DNA of 26,323 nucleotides from Candidatus Muiribacteriota bacterium (GTDB lineage Bacteria; Muiribacteriota; Muiribacteriia; Muiribacteriales; Muiribacteriaceae): NCBI GenBank assembly GCA_051747805.1, contig JBNJGP010000038.1, positions 1 to 26,323 of the forward strand, read 5' to 3'. Shown piece by piece: positions 15,447 to 24,283 of this stretch (position 1 is its first letter; each line of letters starts with the position of its first letter). The notes under the pieces were generated by a model. It saw only the letters and a program-made list of their open reading frames with translations, ran no database searches and was not told where the DNA came from. The position numbers and the translations under genes were made by a program.

Positions 15447-17585
15447 TTAAAATCTCATGGTCAGGCTTATTCTTTTTCGGTTGACATTAAAATCAGTAAC
15501 TTTTACCTTAACATGCTGTCCCGTTTTTAATACTTCGTCTGGATTCTTAATAAACTTACTGGTAATTTGCGAAATATGGATAAGTCCGTCCTGATGCACT
15601 CCAATATCACAAAAGGCCCCGAAATTAGTTATATTGGTAATTACACCGTTTAAAATCATATTTTTTTTCAAATCGGATATTTCATTAACATCCTCGCGAA
15701 ATTCTATGTTTTCAAACTTTTCTCTAACATCCAGACCGGGAGCTTTAAGCTGAGAAAAAATATCTTTGAGTGTATATTCACCCGCAAAATCATCTGTAAA
15801 TTCCTCAGGGTTTAATTTATCGAGTATTTCAGGATTTGCACAAATTTCAGAAACATTTTTATTTAACTTTCTACATATTTTATCAACAATATAATAATGT
15901 TCAGGATGAATACCTGTATTTTCAATCGGGTTTGTTTTTTTTACTCTAAAAAAACCGGCGCACTGAGTAAAACTTTTTTGGCCAATACCTGGAACTTTTT
16001 TAACTAAATCACGACTTTTAAATAACCCGTTTTTTTCACGGAATTCAACAATTTTATTGGCTGTTTTAGGAGTGATACCAGAAACATACTTTAAAAGAGG
16101 GATGCTTGCAGTATTTAAATTAACCCCAACTTTATTAACGCAAAACAGTATTGTTTCATCGAGTTCTTTTTTTAGCATCTTCTGATCAATATCGTGCTGG
16201 TACTGCCCCACCCCAATACTTTTAGGGTCTATTTTCACCAGTTCGGCAAGAGGATCCTGCAGTCGCCTTCCAATACTTACAGCACTTCTTAAAGTAAGGT
16301 CAAGCTGCGGGAATTCATCAGAGGCAATTTTAGAGGCCGAATAAATAGAAGCGCCTGACTCGTTGACAATAACAACATTGGTACCCTTAATATTATTGGA
16401 CTTAAACAGGTTGCTGAGATATTTTTGTATTTCTCTGGAGCCAGTTCCATTTCCAAGTGCTATATACTCAATATTATATTTTTTTAAAAGGTTAAGTATT
16501 TTCTGCCCTTCTTTTTTATTGTTATCTTTCCAGTATAAAACCCCGCCTTCAATAAAATCCCCGCTTTCTGAGATTACGGCCAGTTTACCGCCAGTTCTTA
16601 TACCTGGGTCAATACTTAAAACTTTTTTTTCACCAAGAGGCCCAACCATCAGGATATTTTTTATGTTCTGAGAAAAAACTTTAACAGAATCTGTATAGGC
16701 TTTTTCTTTTAAAGTTTTTTTCACTTCATTTATAATTGAAGGATTTAATAGTCTCTTAAAACCGTCTTTTATAGCCTCATGAATATAATATGAAAAAATT
16801 TTTGAATGTTTTGAGTATAATTTTTTAGCATAATTAATAACTTTTTCTGTATCAAAAATAAAGTTTATTTTTAATATATTTTCCTTATCACCCCTGAAAA
16901 TAGCAAGAATACGATGCGAGGGTATAAAGCATACTCTTTCTTCATAATTAAAATAATCCTTGTATTTCAGTCCATCATCATCTTTGTTTTTTTTGTTTTC
17001 ACTTTTAATTAAGCCGTTTTTATAAATTGTGTTTCTTAAATATTTTCTCAGCTCGGTATTATCTGAAATAATTTCAGCAATAATATCACACGCACCGTTA
17101 AGAGCCTCCTGAGGAGTGTTTACTTTTTTCTGGGGATTTACAAATTTCTGTGCATAATCCTCTGGAGTACCGGATTTTATTTTACAGTCAAACATCAAAT
17201 CTGAAAGAGGTTCAAGACCTTTTTCCCGGGCAACCTGTCCTCTGGTAGAACGTTTTGGTTTATAGGGAGCATATAAATCTTCAAGCTCAGTTTTATCAAA
17301 AGTTCTGTCTATTTTATTTTTTAAGTCAGTAGAGAGCTTACCAAGTTCAGAAATTACTTTAAGCACCTTTTCTTTTCTTTCTTCTAATTCTTCATAGTAG
17401 CCAATCATGTCATTTATTTTTTTTATTTGAATTTCATCAAGGTTATCTGTTTTTTCTTTTCTATATCTGGCGATAAATGGAATAGTGTTTGCATCCATAA
17501 GCATTGTAACAGTAGCATCAACCTGCTTTGGAGAAATTCCTGTGTCCTTTGAAATTTTTTGAAGATATTTGTTTAGATTATTCAT
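15447..17585 (-). CDS. tex: Tex/YhgF family RNA-binding transcriptional accessory protein
   Basis: TIPFIARYRKEKT, LEDLYAPYKPKR, IDPGIRTG (YqgF-like), VNESGASIYSAS, RRLQDPLAELVKIDPKSIGVGQYQHD, HhH and C-terminal S1 (FGAFCDIGVHQDGLIHIS). Start moved to ATG 17585 (GAGG SD), which removes the overlap with MATE. Confidence 0.95.
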   Translation of the reverse strand: MNNLNKYLQKISKDTGISPKQVDATVTMLMDANTIPFIARYRKEKTDNLDEIQIKKINDMIGYYEELEERKEKVLKVISELGKLSTDLKNKIDRTFDKTELEDLYAPYKPKRSTRGQVAREKGLEPLSDLMFDCKIKSGTPEDYAQKFVNPQKKVNTPQEALNGACDIIAEIISDNTELRKYLRNTIYKNGLIKSENKKNKDDDGLKYKDYFNYEERVCFIPSHRILAIFRGDKENILKINFIFDTEKVINYAKKLYSKHSKIFSYYIHEAIKDGFKRLLNPSIINEVKKTLKEKAYTDSVKVFSQNIKNILMVGPLGEKKVLSIDPGIRTGGKLAVISESGDFIEGGVLYWKDNNKKEGQKILNLLKKYNIEYIALGNGTGSREIQKYLSNLFKSNNIKGTNVVIVNESGASIYSASKIASDEFPQLDLTLRSAVSIGRRLQDPLAELVKIDPKSIGVGQYQHDIDQKMLKKELDETILFCVNKVGVNLNTASIPLLKYVSGITPKTANKIVEFREKNGLFKSRDLVKKVPGIGQKSFTQCAGFFRVKKTNPIENTGIHPEHYYIVDKICRKLNKNVSEICANPEILDKLNPEEFTDDFAGEYTLKDIFSQLKAPGLDVREKFENIEFREDVNEISDLKKNMILNGVITNITNFGAFCDIGVHQDGLIHISQITSKFIKNPDEVLKTGQHVKVKVTDFNVNRKRISLTMRF

Positions 17586-17598
17586 AAAACCTCTCTCA

Positions 17599-19005
17599 TT
17601 AAGATTTTTCCCATATCCGGGATTTAAAAAGAAAAATGTCAACAATTATAAATATTGTCCCGGTTATTAACATTATAACACCAATTCCCCAGAATGGAAG
17701 GTTAAAATAGTGATGGGTAATATATAAAACCGGAAACTCAAAACCTAATACCATAGATATTGTAGCAAATAAGCGCGGAATATTCTTGCCTGCCCCGGTA
17801 AATACACTCTCTAAAAGCATACATGTAGATATTAAATAAGGCAGAACAGCAAAAAATCGTAAAAAAATACTACCTGACCTTATTGTTAAAGGTTCCTGTG
17901 AGAAGAATTTAATTATTTGAGGGGCAAAAATAAAAATTGGAATACAGAGAATTGAAAGCATTAAAATTGTAATAAAAATAAGGTTTTTCATCTGACTTCT
18001 TATTTCATTGAATTTTTTCGCTCCTATATACTGTCCGGCAGAAATTGAGGCACCAATGGAAAGACCAAACATTGTCATAAACATAATTCCTCTAATTTTT
18101 GCCGCAATTCCAAAACCATCACTTATAGCCACACCGTAATTTGCGGCTATTGAGGTAATAAAATTATTTTCAAAATTAAATATAAAGGCAATGGCTCCAC
18201 CTGGAATTCCAATTGTCAGCATTTTAATTATAAGATTTTTATCAAATTTTACATACCTGGAACAAAATATTTTAATTTTTTCATTATTATTAAGCAAAAA
18301 ATAAAAAGAAATTAATAAAACAGTGAATTGTGTCAAAACTGTAGCAAAAGCAGCACCCCTGATGCCCAGAGAGGGAAAATTAATAAAACCAAACAAAGGG
18401 TTGGAGCCGGCTCCAAGAAAAGCAACATCGGCTTTTTCAAAATAATTGCAGGCAATGGTTGCTTTCTCCCCCGCGCCAAAAATAAATAAAGGGTCAAGAA
18501 CTAAGTTGATGCAGGTTGCAATCAAAGAAATAAAAAGTGTTTTTTTTGCCTCTCCTATTGAGCGAAGAGCAGTCTGCATTGTAGCATATGGCATAATGAA
18601 CAAAAGAGAAATAAAGTGAATATTACCATATTTCTGAACAAGAGAAACAATTTCAGGATTTTTTGTATATAAAAAAATCAAATTATTTATAATAAAAAGA
18701 AAAAAAAGTGAAAAAATAATACCTATAAAAAATTTTAATAATATTCCCTGAAAAATAACATATCCAGTTTCAATTTTGTCCCCTCTGCCAAATGCTTTTG
18801 TAAAAAGAGGAATAGTTGAAATACCTATAATTTCATTAGCCGCCATCAGAAGAGAAAAAATTGCCCCAGAAATAATAATTGCAGTGGGGGCTCCTGGCCC
18901 CAGCTGAGCAACCCACCAGGCATCAACCAGCTGATAAGCATAATTAACAGCAAAGCCCAGCATTGTAGGAAGGGCAATATTAAGTGTTTTTTTTACATAC
19001 ATCAT
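17599..19005 (-). CDS. MATE family efflux transporter
   Basis: About 12 TM segments with IALPTML, VDAWWVAQLG, LRSIGEAK, NLVLDPLFIFG and LGIRGAAFAT motifs. The start could be 19008 (TTG), 19005 or 19002. Confidence 0.92.
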   Translation of the reverse strand: MMYVKKTLNIALPTMLGFAVNYAYQLVDAWWVAQLGPGAPTAIIISGAIFSLLMAANEIIGISTIPLFTKAFGRGDKIETGYVIFQGILLKFFIGIIFSLFFLFIINNLIFLYTKNPEIVSLVQKYGNIHFISLLFIMPYATMQTALRSIGEAKKTLFISLIATCINLVLDPLFIFGAGEKATIACNYFEKADVAFLGAGSNPLFGFINFPSLGIRGAAFATVLTQFTVLLISFYFLLNNNEKIKIFCSRYVKFDKNLIIKMLTIGIPGGAIAFIFNFENNFITSIAANYGVAISDGFGIAAKIRGIMFMTMFGLSIGASISAGQYIGAKKFNEIRSQMKNLIFITILMLSILCIPIFIFAPQIIKFFSQEPLTIRSGSIFLRFFAVLPYLISTCMLLESVFTGAGKNIPRLFATISMVLGFEFPVLYITHHYFNLPFWGIGVIMLITGTIFIIVDIFLFKSRIWEKS

Positions 19006-19013
19006 CAAAAATG

Positions 19014-19042
19014 AGCATACAATAAAATTTTAATGAAGTAAA
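19014..19042 (-). promoter_or_regulatory. Putative sigma70 promoter directly abutting the MATE start
   Basis: TTTACT-N17-TATGCT, 8 nt before ATG 19005, no SD. Confidence 0.45.
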
Positions 19043-19044
19043 AT

Positions 19045-19076
19045 AAAAAAAAAGCGGGTAATTAACCCGCTTTTTT
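19045..19076 (-). terminator. Intrinsic terminator (possibly bidirectional) after the 270-aa gene
   Basis: aaaaaaaaaGCGGGT-aatta-ACCCGCtttttt: stem with T9 on the minus strand and T6 on the plus strand. Confidence 0.9.
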
Positions 19077-19111
19077 ATTTGAAATTAAAATTTATGCCAG
19101 CTTATATTAGT

Positions 19112-19924
19112 TTAGAAATTAAAAATATCTTCGGCATCAAGAACTATTTCTGTTTCACCAGGAAACTCTTTATTTAAAAAACATGAACCGTCAACTTCCC
19201 AGTTATCAGGATTGTTTTTAGGTGCTCTTAAAACTTCAAATTCAACTCTTCGATTTTCATATAATCTTATGGTATCTGTTTCAACAGTTTCGACAGTTGA
19301 GATTTCAGTTTCAGCAAATTCTTCAACTTTACCATTTACCTCAAAATGTGCTGAACCTGTGATATTAAAAATACCACCCTGAGCACCACCACCAATTTCA
19401 GCACCCATTTCAGCCGCAATTTCCATTTTAACATAAAATCTGTATTTATTATTACTTTGTAAAACTCTATGTTCTCTTTTCCAGTAGGAATGAACTAGTT
19501 CAGAATCGATTTCACTACCAAGTTGATAAACATAATCACTTTGCTGATATCCATAACCAGGTAAATAAGCTGGAAGACCATTATTACGGGAATACTCGTT
19601 TAATTTTGATATTATTTCGCTGTAAATAAAATTTTGTGAATGAGTATCAAGTTCAGCATACTCTTCTTTTAAGGTTTCTATTACTTCTGTACGGTCATTT
19701 TCAACAGCCTCAATTAAATAATCTGTAAATTGCTCTGTTTCGGATTCAAGTTTATTTACCAGTTCAAGATTATAATTATCCTCATGAAGTTGATTTGTAA
19801 CTTCCCAGTTTAAGCTTACTAAGGAATGAAGCTCAAGTTGAAGGGCATTTTTGCCATCTTCAGCAAAAATAAGATTACCTAAAAAAATCATCACAAGTAG
19901 AATTGTTATCGTTCTTTTTAACAT
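19112..19924 (-). CDS. Secreted acidic hypothetical protein (helical N-half, beta-rich C-half)
   Basis: 270 aa with GGGAGG SD, signal peptide ending IFA, followed by a terminator. Confidence 0.85.
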   Translation of the reverse strand: MLKRTITILLVMIFLGNLIFAEDGKNALQLELHSLVSLNWEVTNQLHEDNYNLELVNKLESETEQFTDYLIEAVENDRTEVIETLKEEYAELDTHSQNFIYSEIISKLNEYSRNNGLPAYLPGYGYQQSDYVYQLGSEIDSELVHSYWKREHRVLQSNNKYRFYVKMEIAAEMGAEIGGGAQGGIFNITGSAHFEVNGKVEEFAETEISTVETVETDTIRLYENRRVEFEVLRAPKNNPDNWEVDGSCFLNKEFPGETEIVLDAEDIFNF

Positions 19925-20008
19925 TTGTTTCCTCCCGAATTTTAATTTGTTACCTTAAGTTTAAAAGATAATTCCAAATTTGTGAAGTGTTTTTTTTTGA
20001 AGGAAATT

Positions 20009-20611
20009 TCATAAAAGAAAGATAACAGATTGTAAAACACCGATTAGAAGCCCGATAAACCCGCCAATTAACTCAATAAACCTGAATTCTTTCGACATTA
20101 TTGCAAAAAGAATTTCCTCAAGTTTTTCCATTGAAAAGGCTTCAACCTTCTCTCTTACAACTTCACTGAAATCAAGTTCTTTTTCAATTTCTCGTGTGAG
20201 TTTATTTATAATTTCAGGAAGAATTCTATCTATTTCAGGGTCCATTAAAACTTTGATTTTATTAATGATTTCGTCATTTAAAAACATGGCAAGCATAGGA
20301 TTAATATCACCGGCTTTTGTTGAAATAAAATTAATAAAATGCTCCTTTATATCCTCTTTTAGTTTACTTTTTAGATTTGGGTCTTCAATAATAATATTTA
20401 CATCATGATGAGAAATAAGCTCTTTTTCAATAACATCACCCAGACTCACAGCCAGTTCTTTCTGTCTTTTTGGAAAAATGCCCTGAATTTTTATACCAAG
20501 AAAGTTAATCTGCTTTCTGGGATGAAAAAGCATTTTTACAGCAATATAATTAGTAGAATAACCAATAAATGCTCCGGCTATCGGTGCGATTAAATATCTT
20601 AACCATTCCAT
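20009..20611 (-). CDS. DUF445 family membrane protein
   Basis: GAFIGYSTNYIAVKMLFHP, QGIFPKRQKELA and C-terminal KEFRFIELIGGFIGLLIGVLQ motifs. AAGGAG SD. Confidence 0.92.
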   Translation of the reverse strand: MEWLRYLIAPIAGAFIGYSTNYIAVKMLFHPRKQINFLGIKIQGIFPKRQKELAVSLGDVIEKELISHHDVNIIIEDPNLKSKLKEDIKEHFINFISTKAGDINPMLAMFLNDEIINKIKVLMDPEIDRILPEIINKLTREIEKELDFSEVVREKVEAFSMEKLEEILFAIMSKEFRFIELIGGFIGLLIGVLQSVIFLL

Positions 20612-20635
20612 ATCTCACTCCTTTATTTTTGAATA

Positions 20636-23128
20636 TCAGGTAATTCTTTTATCAACAATTTTTTTTATTTTACCAGTTCTCTCAACTCTTTCAATAGAGC
20701 CAGAAGGAACAATTTCAATATTTACATCAAGCCAGCCTGATTCATAGGTTGATTTAATATTTTTAGAATGTTTTTTTAGCACTTCAAAAACATCCTCTTT
20801 TTTAATGGGGCCCGAATTATTTCTTTTTTCTATTTTCCAGGTAACTTTATCTTTTGAGTTTTCAGTTGTAATAATAATCTGCCATATAGAAGATAAACCT
20901 TCAAATTCACTGATAGTTTCTTCAAAAGAAATAAACTCTAAATTAGTACTACCTGCAATAACTACATCATCACATCGGCCAAGCAGTTCAAAAGTAACCC
21001 CTCTGAAACCACATGGACATTCGGTTTTTATAAATCTGCCGGCATCCCCTGATTTAAACCGGATAACTGGCATTTTGAAACGATTAATATTTGTAATAAT
21101 CATTTCTCCAGTTTTATCGTATTCTGTAATAAAATTCCCCTCATCATCAATAATTTCAAGATGAACATAATTATCACATAAATGATGTACACCGCCAGTC
21201 TGATATTTACACTGATAACCGACAGGACCAGTATCAACGAGAGCATATCCGGCAGAGGCAATTCTTTTAACCCCCCATACTTTTTTTAAATATTCTCTGG
21301 CGCTTTTATAGAAATGTTCCCCGCCATAGAGGATTTTATCAATTTTAATGTCTAAATTATTTTCTTCGCATATTTCTGCCATTTTAATAATAATCGATGG
21401 AAGTCCAACTATAGCATTGATTTTGAATCTCTCCAGATATAAATCTATTACTTCAAAATCCGAATTTCCAGCTATAGGGTAGTTAGTACATCCAATTTTT
21501 CTTAAAGCTTCGTTGGCAACCAAAAAGGAAGTCCATAAATTCCCGGCAATAAAAATATTTGCTACCCGGTCATTTTCATTAATACCAGCCTCTCTGTAAA
21601 TTTTTTCTAAAATATCGGTCATTATTTCATAATCTTCTCTGGAGTAAAGTGCATATTTAGGTTTCCCGGTTGTACCTCCTGAAGAAAAAATAAACCCATT
21701 AAAATCATCACCAGTAATCATACTTTTTGAAAAAGGAGGAGAGTTTTCAAAACATTCTTTCCGGGTTAATAAAGCATTCTGTTCTCTATTTTTATAGAAT
21801 TCAGTATTATCTTTTGCAAATTCAACAATTTCAGAAAAAGGGTCCAGTCCAAGATTTTCAATTGAAATAAATTCCCCCAGCTTTCTCAGTGGAAATTCCC
21901 CGTCATGTGGTGCACCATTTTTCCCCTGAAACATATAACCAGGAGCTGTAAATTTATAAGCTCCAAATTTTGAAAGGGTTGAGCTCAGCTTGAAAAATTT
22001 ATCTCTGTCCGCCCATATACCAACAGTTTGAACAAAACGTCCAATATTTTCTACATTTTTGATAATTTCTTCTTCTTTTTCAAAAGCTTTAACAAAAACA
22101 TTTCTATTCATGCAGGTATTTTCAAAACATGGAGTATCCTTTACTATTACAGAATGATTATCAGAGTTTAGAATTTCACCATTTTCAAAAGCACAGGCAG
22201 TTTCTTCAAGTTTTTGGAATTTAATAACCTCAGTTTGTTCGTTAAAGTCAAGTTCTGGTTTAGGATAAGTTTTATTTAATTTTTCCAGATTCATATGAAG
22301 TAAATGTGCAAAATTTTTATAAAATTTTTTATTTACGAAAATTACATGGGGGGACGAACATGCCATTTGCTCCCACATTATAACGTCCCTGGCAGAGTTT
22401 AAAGCAACTTTTTCAAGTTCTTTATCCCGGCATATTATTGAAAAGCTGTATTTTGGTCCATATTCAATTAACCTAGTATGCAGAGAAATTCCCTTTCGGT
22501 AGGACTCAATAGCCTCTTCCCCGCCCCATACAACAATTCCCTGGGCTTTCTGTTTAATGACAGATTCAGCTTCCTTTGTTTTAGAGCGAAAATCCCACAG
22601 CTGAATTGAGTTTGTAATAACCCCTTTTTCATCAGCTTTTTTTAAGGATTCCAGAAATAAAACAGGAAAAAATTTATCTCCCCGAGGCATTTTTAATATA
22701 TTTGCATTTTTGGTTACAATTCCACTTATTAAACTGTCAACACATGAAATAAAAACATTTGAAGCAGAAATATGTGCAACAACACCAAGAGGCCGAAATT
22801 TTGAATAAATCGCCTTATCATAGGAATAAACAAAATCATCAATTAAGGCTTTGTTTCCAATTGATTTTTCAATAAGGAATAAAATATTTTCTTTTTTTAA
22901 AAGATTTATTATTACTTCTAATCCGTCTTTTGTCATTGCATTTGAATAGCCTGTAATTTGGGGTAATTTTTTAATAGCTTTTTTATAATATTCGCCATTT
23001 TTATCAGCCCACAATTTAGAAAGTTTATCAAAAACGTTTAATATATAATCAATAGATAAATTCTCTAAGTCTGCCCGGGATTTTTGTAATATATCAAAAT
23101 TTTTTTCAAAATCTTTTTTAACTATCAA
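20636..23128 (-). CDS. Fusion of LuxC-type acyl-CoA/acyl-protein reductase (N-term) and phenylacetate-CoA-ligase (PaaK)-like adenylation domain (C-term)
   Basis: N-half: RPLGVVAHISASNV, VVWGGEEAI, YGPKYSF, EQMACSSP (catalytic Cys), HDGEFPLRKL. C-half: FSSGGTTGKPK, YGGE, RFKSGD, GRCDD, RTGK. Start placed at TTG 23128 (GGAGG SD), overlapping the luxE-like stop. Confidence 0.88.
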   Translation of the reverse strand: MIVKKDFEKNFDILQKSRADLENLSIDYILNVFDKLSKLWADKNGEYYKKAIKKLPQITGYSNAMTKDGLEVIINLLKKENILFLIEKSIGNKALIDDFVYSYDKAIYSKFRPLGVVAHISASNVFISCVDSLISGIVTKNANILKMPRGDKFFPVLFLESLKKADEKGVITNSIQLWDFRSKTKEAESVIKQKAQGIVVWGGEEAIESYRKGISLHTRLIEYGPKYSFSIICRDKELEKVALNSARDVIMWEQMACSSPHVIFVNKKFYKNFAHLLHMNLEKLNKTYPKPELDFNEQTEVIKFQKLEETACAFENGEILNSDNHSVIVKDTPCFENTCMNRNVFVKAFEKEEEIIKNVENIGRFVQTVGIWADRDKFFKLSSTLSKFGAYKFTAPGYMFQGKNGAPHDGEFPLRKLGEFISIENLGLDPFSEIVEFAKDNTEFYKNREQNALLTRKECFENSPPFSKSMITGDDFNGFIFSSGGTTGKPKYALYSREDYEIMTDILEKIYREAGINENDRVANIFIAGNLWTSFLVANEALRKIGCTNYPIAGNSDFEVIDLYLERFKINAIVGLPSIIIKMAEICEENNLDIKIDKILYGGEHFYKSAREYLKKVWGVKRIASAGYALVDTGPVGYQCKYQTGGVHHLCDNYVHLEIIDDEGNFITEYDKTGEMIITNINRFKMPVIRFKSGDAGRFIKTECPCGFRGVTFELLGRCDDVVIAGSTNLEFISFEETISEFEGLSSIWQIIITTENSKDKVTWKIEKRNNSGPIKKEDVFEVLKKHSKNIKSTYESGWLDVNIEIVPSGSIERVERTGKIKKIVDKRIT

Positions 23129-24245
23129 GCTGCCTCCTGAGTTTATCAATAGCGGCGATAGCACAACCCTTATGCTGTTTTATACCTGCCCTCCCCTTTA
23201 AATCAAGCCATGGACCTCTGCCGCATTTGCAGTCTTTTCTTACGATGGCCCTGTCACTTGAAAGCAGGGCGATTGAAGGATAAGAATTTATATAAGGAGT
23301 ATATAAAGTCAACAAACCTTCTTTATCAAATTTATTTATTTCATTTTTGTAAATATCATAAGTGTGCAGTCGTGAGTATGATGGAACATGCATATGACCG
23401 TATTCGCAGTCAACGTATGGAATACCATGCTCTACCATACCATAATGATCTCGAATATTTTCAACTGAAATTCCAAGTTTTTCAGAAAGCATTTTCTTAA
23501 ACTCATTTTTTGGAATTTCTTTTCCTGAATGGTTTTTCCAGCCACCACCTGTAATTACAAAAGAATTTTTAGGAAGCGAAAGCTTTCTTTTAAATTTTTT
23601 TTCAAAATGACAGAGGGCAAAATAAAGATGAGCAGGAAAACCAAGAATTCTAAGGGGATTTTTTTGTTGTTCGAATTTTTCAAAAACTTTAATTGTCTGG
23701 TTTAAATCAAGTTCAAAATCGTTAATATTTTTATTGAATTTCATTGTATAAAAAACTTCACCTTTACCAGTAAGTCCCGTAAGCATTTTATCTGAAAAAG
23801 CAGTTCCAACATCGTGGGCTACTTCAGGATCATAGGTAAAACAGATATAGTTGTTTTTTTGATTGGTTACCATTCCCATATTATCAAAAATACTTCTTAC
23901 AATATGTTCTATTCTGTAAAGGGATTTTCCGTCCAAAAAAATACGGGATTTCTGTCCGCCCGTGCCGGAAGATGAAAGAGTAATTTCAACGTTTTTTTTA
24001 CTTCCGGTTATAAACTCCCACTTTTTCAGGGCAGATACAAATATTTCTGGAATTTCTGTATATTGGTTAATTTTATCCGGAGAAATCTTTTTAAATTTAC
24101 ATAATTTTTTATACAAAGATGAATTTTGATAATGATGTTTAAAACTCTCAACCATAACCTTATTAAAATATTCTTCGTTTTTATGATCGAAATCAAAAGG
24201 TTTTGACTCGAGAATATATTTATCTATTAAATTCAATTTAACCAC
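23118..24245 (-). CDS. LuxE family acyl-protein synthetase
   Basis: SSSGTGGQKSRI, ITGGGWK, IRDHYGMVEHG, SYPSIALLSSD and C-terminal GRAG...KGCA (acylated Cys equivalent). The start may be TTG 24236 rather than GTG 24245. Confidence 0.9.
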   Translation of the reverse strand: MVKLNLIDKYILESKPFDFDHKNEEYFNKVMVESFKHHYQNSSLYKKLCKFKKISPDKINQYTEIPEIFVSALKKWEFITGSKKNVEITLSSSGTGGQKSRIFLDGKSLYRIEHIVRSIFDNMGMVTNQKNNYICFTYDPEVAHDVGTAFSDKMLTGLTGKGEVFYTMKFNKNINDFELDLNQTIKVFEKFEQQKNPLRILGFPAHLYFALCHFEKKFKRKLSLPKNSFVITGGGWKNHSGKEIPKNEFKKMLSEKLGISVENIRDHYGMVEHGIPYVDCEYGHMHVPSYSRLHTYDIYKNEINKFDKEGLLTLYTPYINSYPSIALLSSDRAIVRKDCKCGRGPWLDLKGRAGIKQHKGCAIAAIDKLRRQLDS

Positions 24246-24283
24246 CTGTTATTGTTATTTCAAAAAACCTTACTCAAGTTAAT

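Noticed and set aside
17586..17645. N-terminal extension of Tex (and similar extensions at 12308..12325, 23129..23164, 25970..26047)
   Set aside because: Downstream starts have clear SD sequences and avoid overlaps with neighbouring genes or promoters.
20636..24245. Bioluminescence (lux) operon
   Set aside because: No luciferase, LuxD or LuxG. The gene order and the fusion differ from luxCDABE, so lux gene symbols were not assigned.
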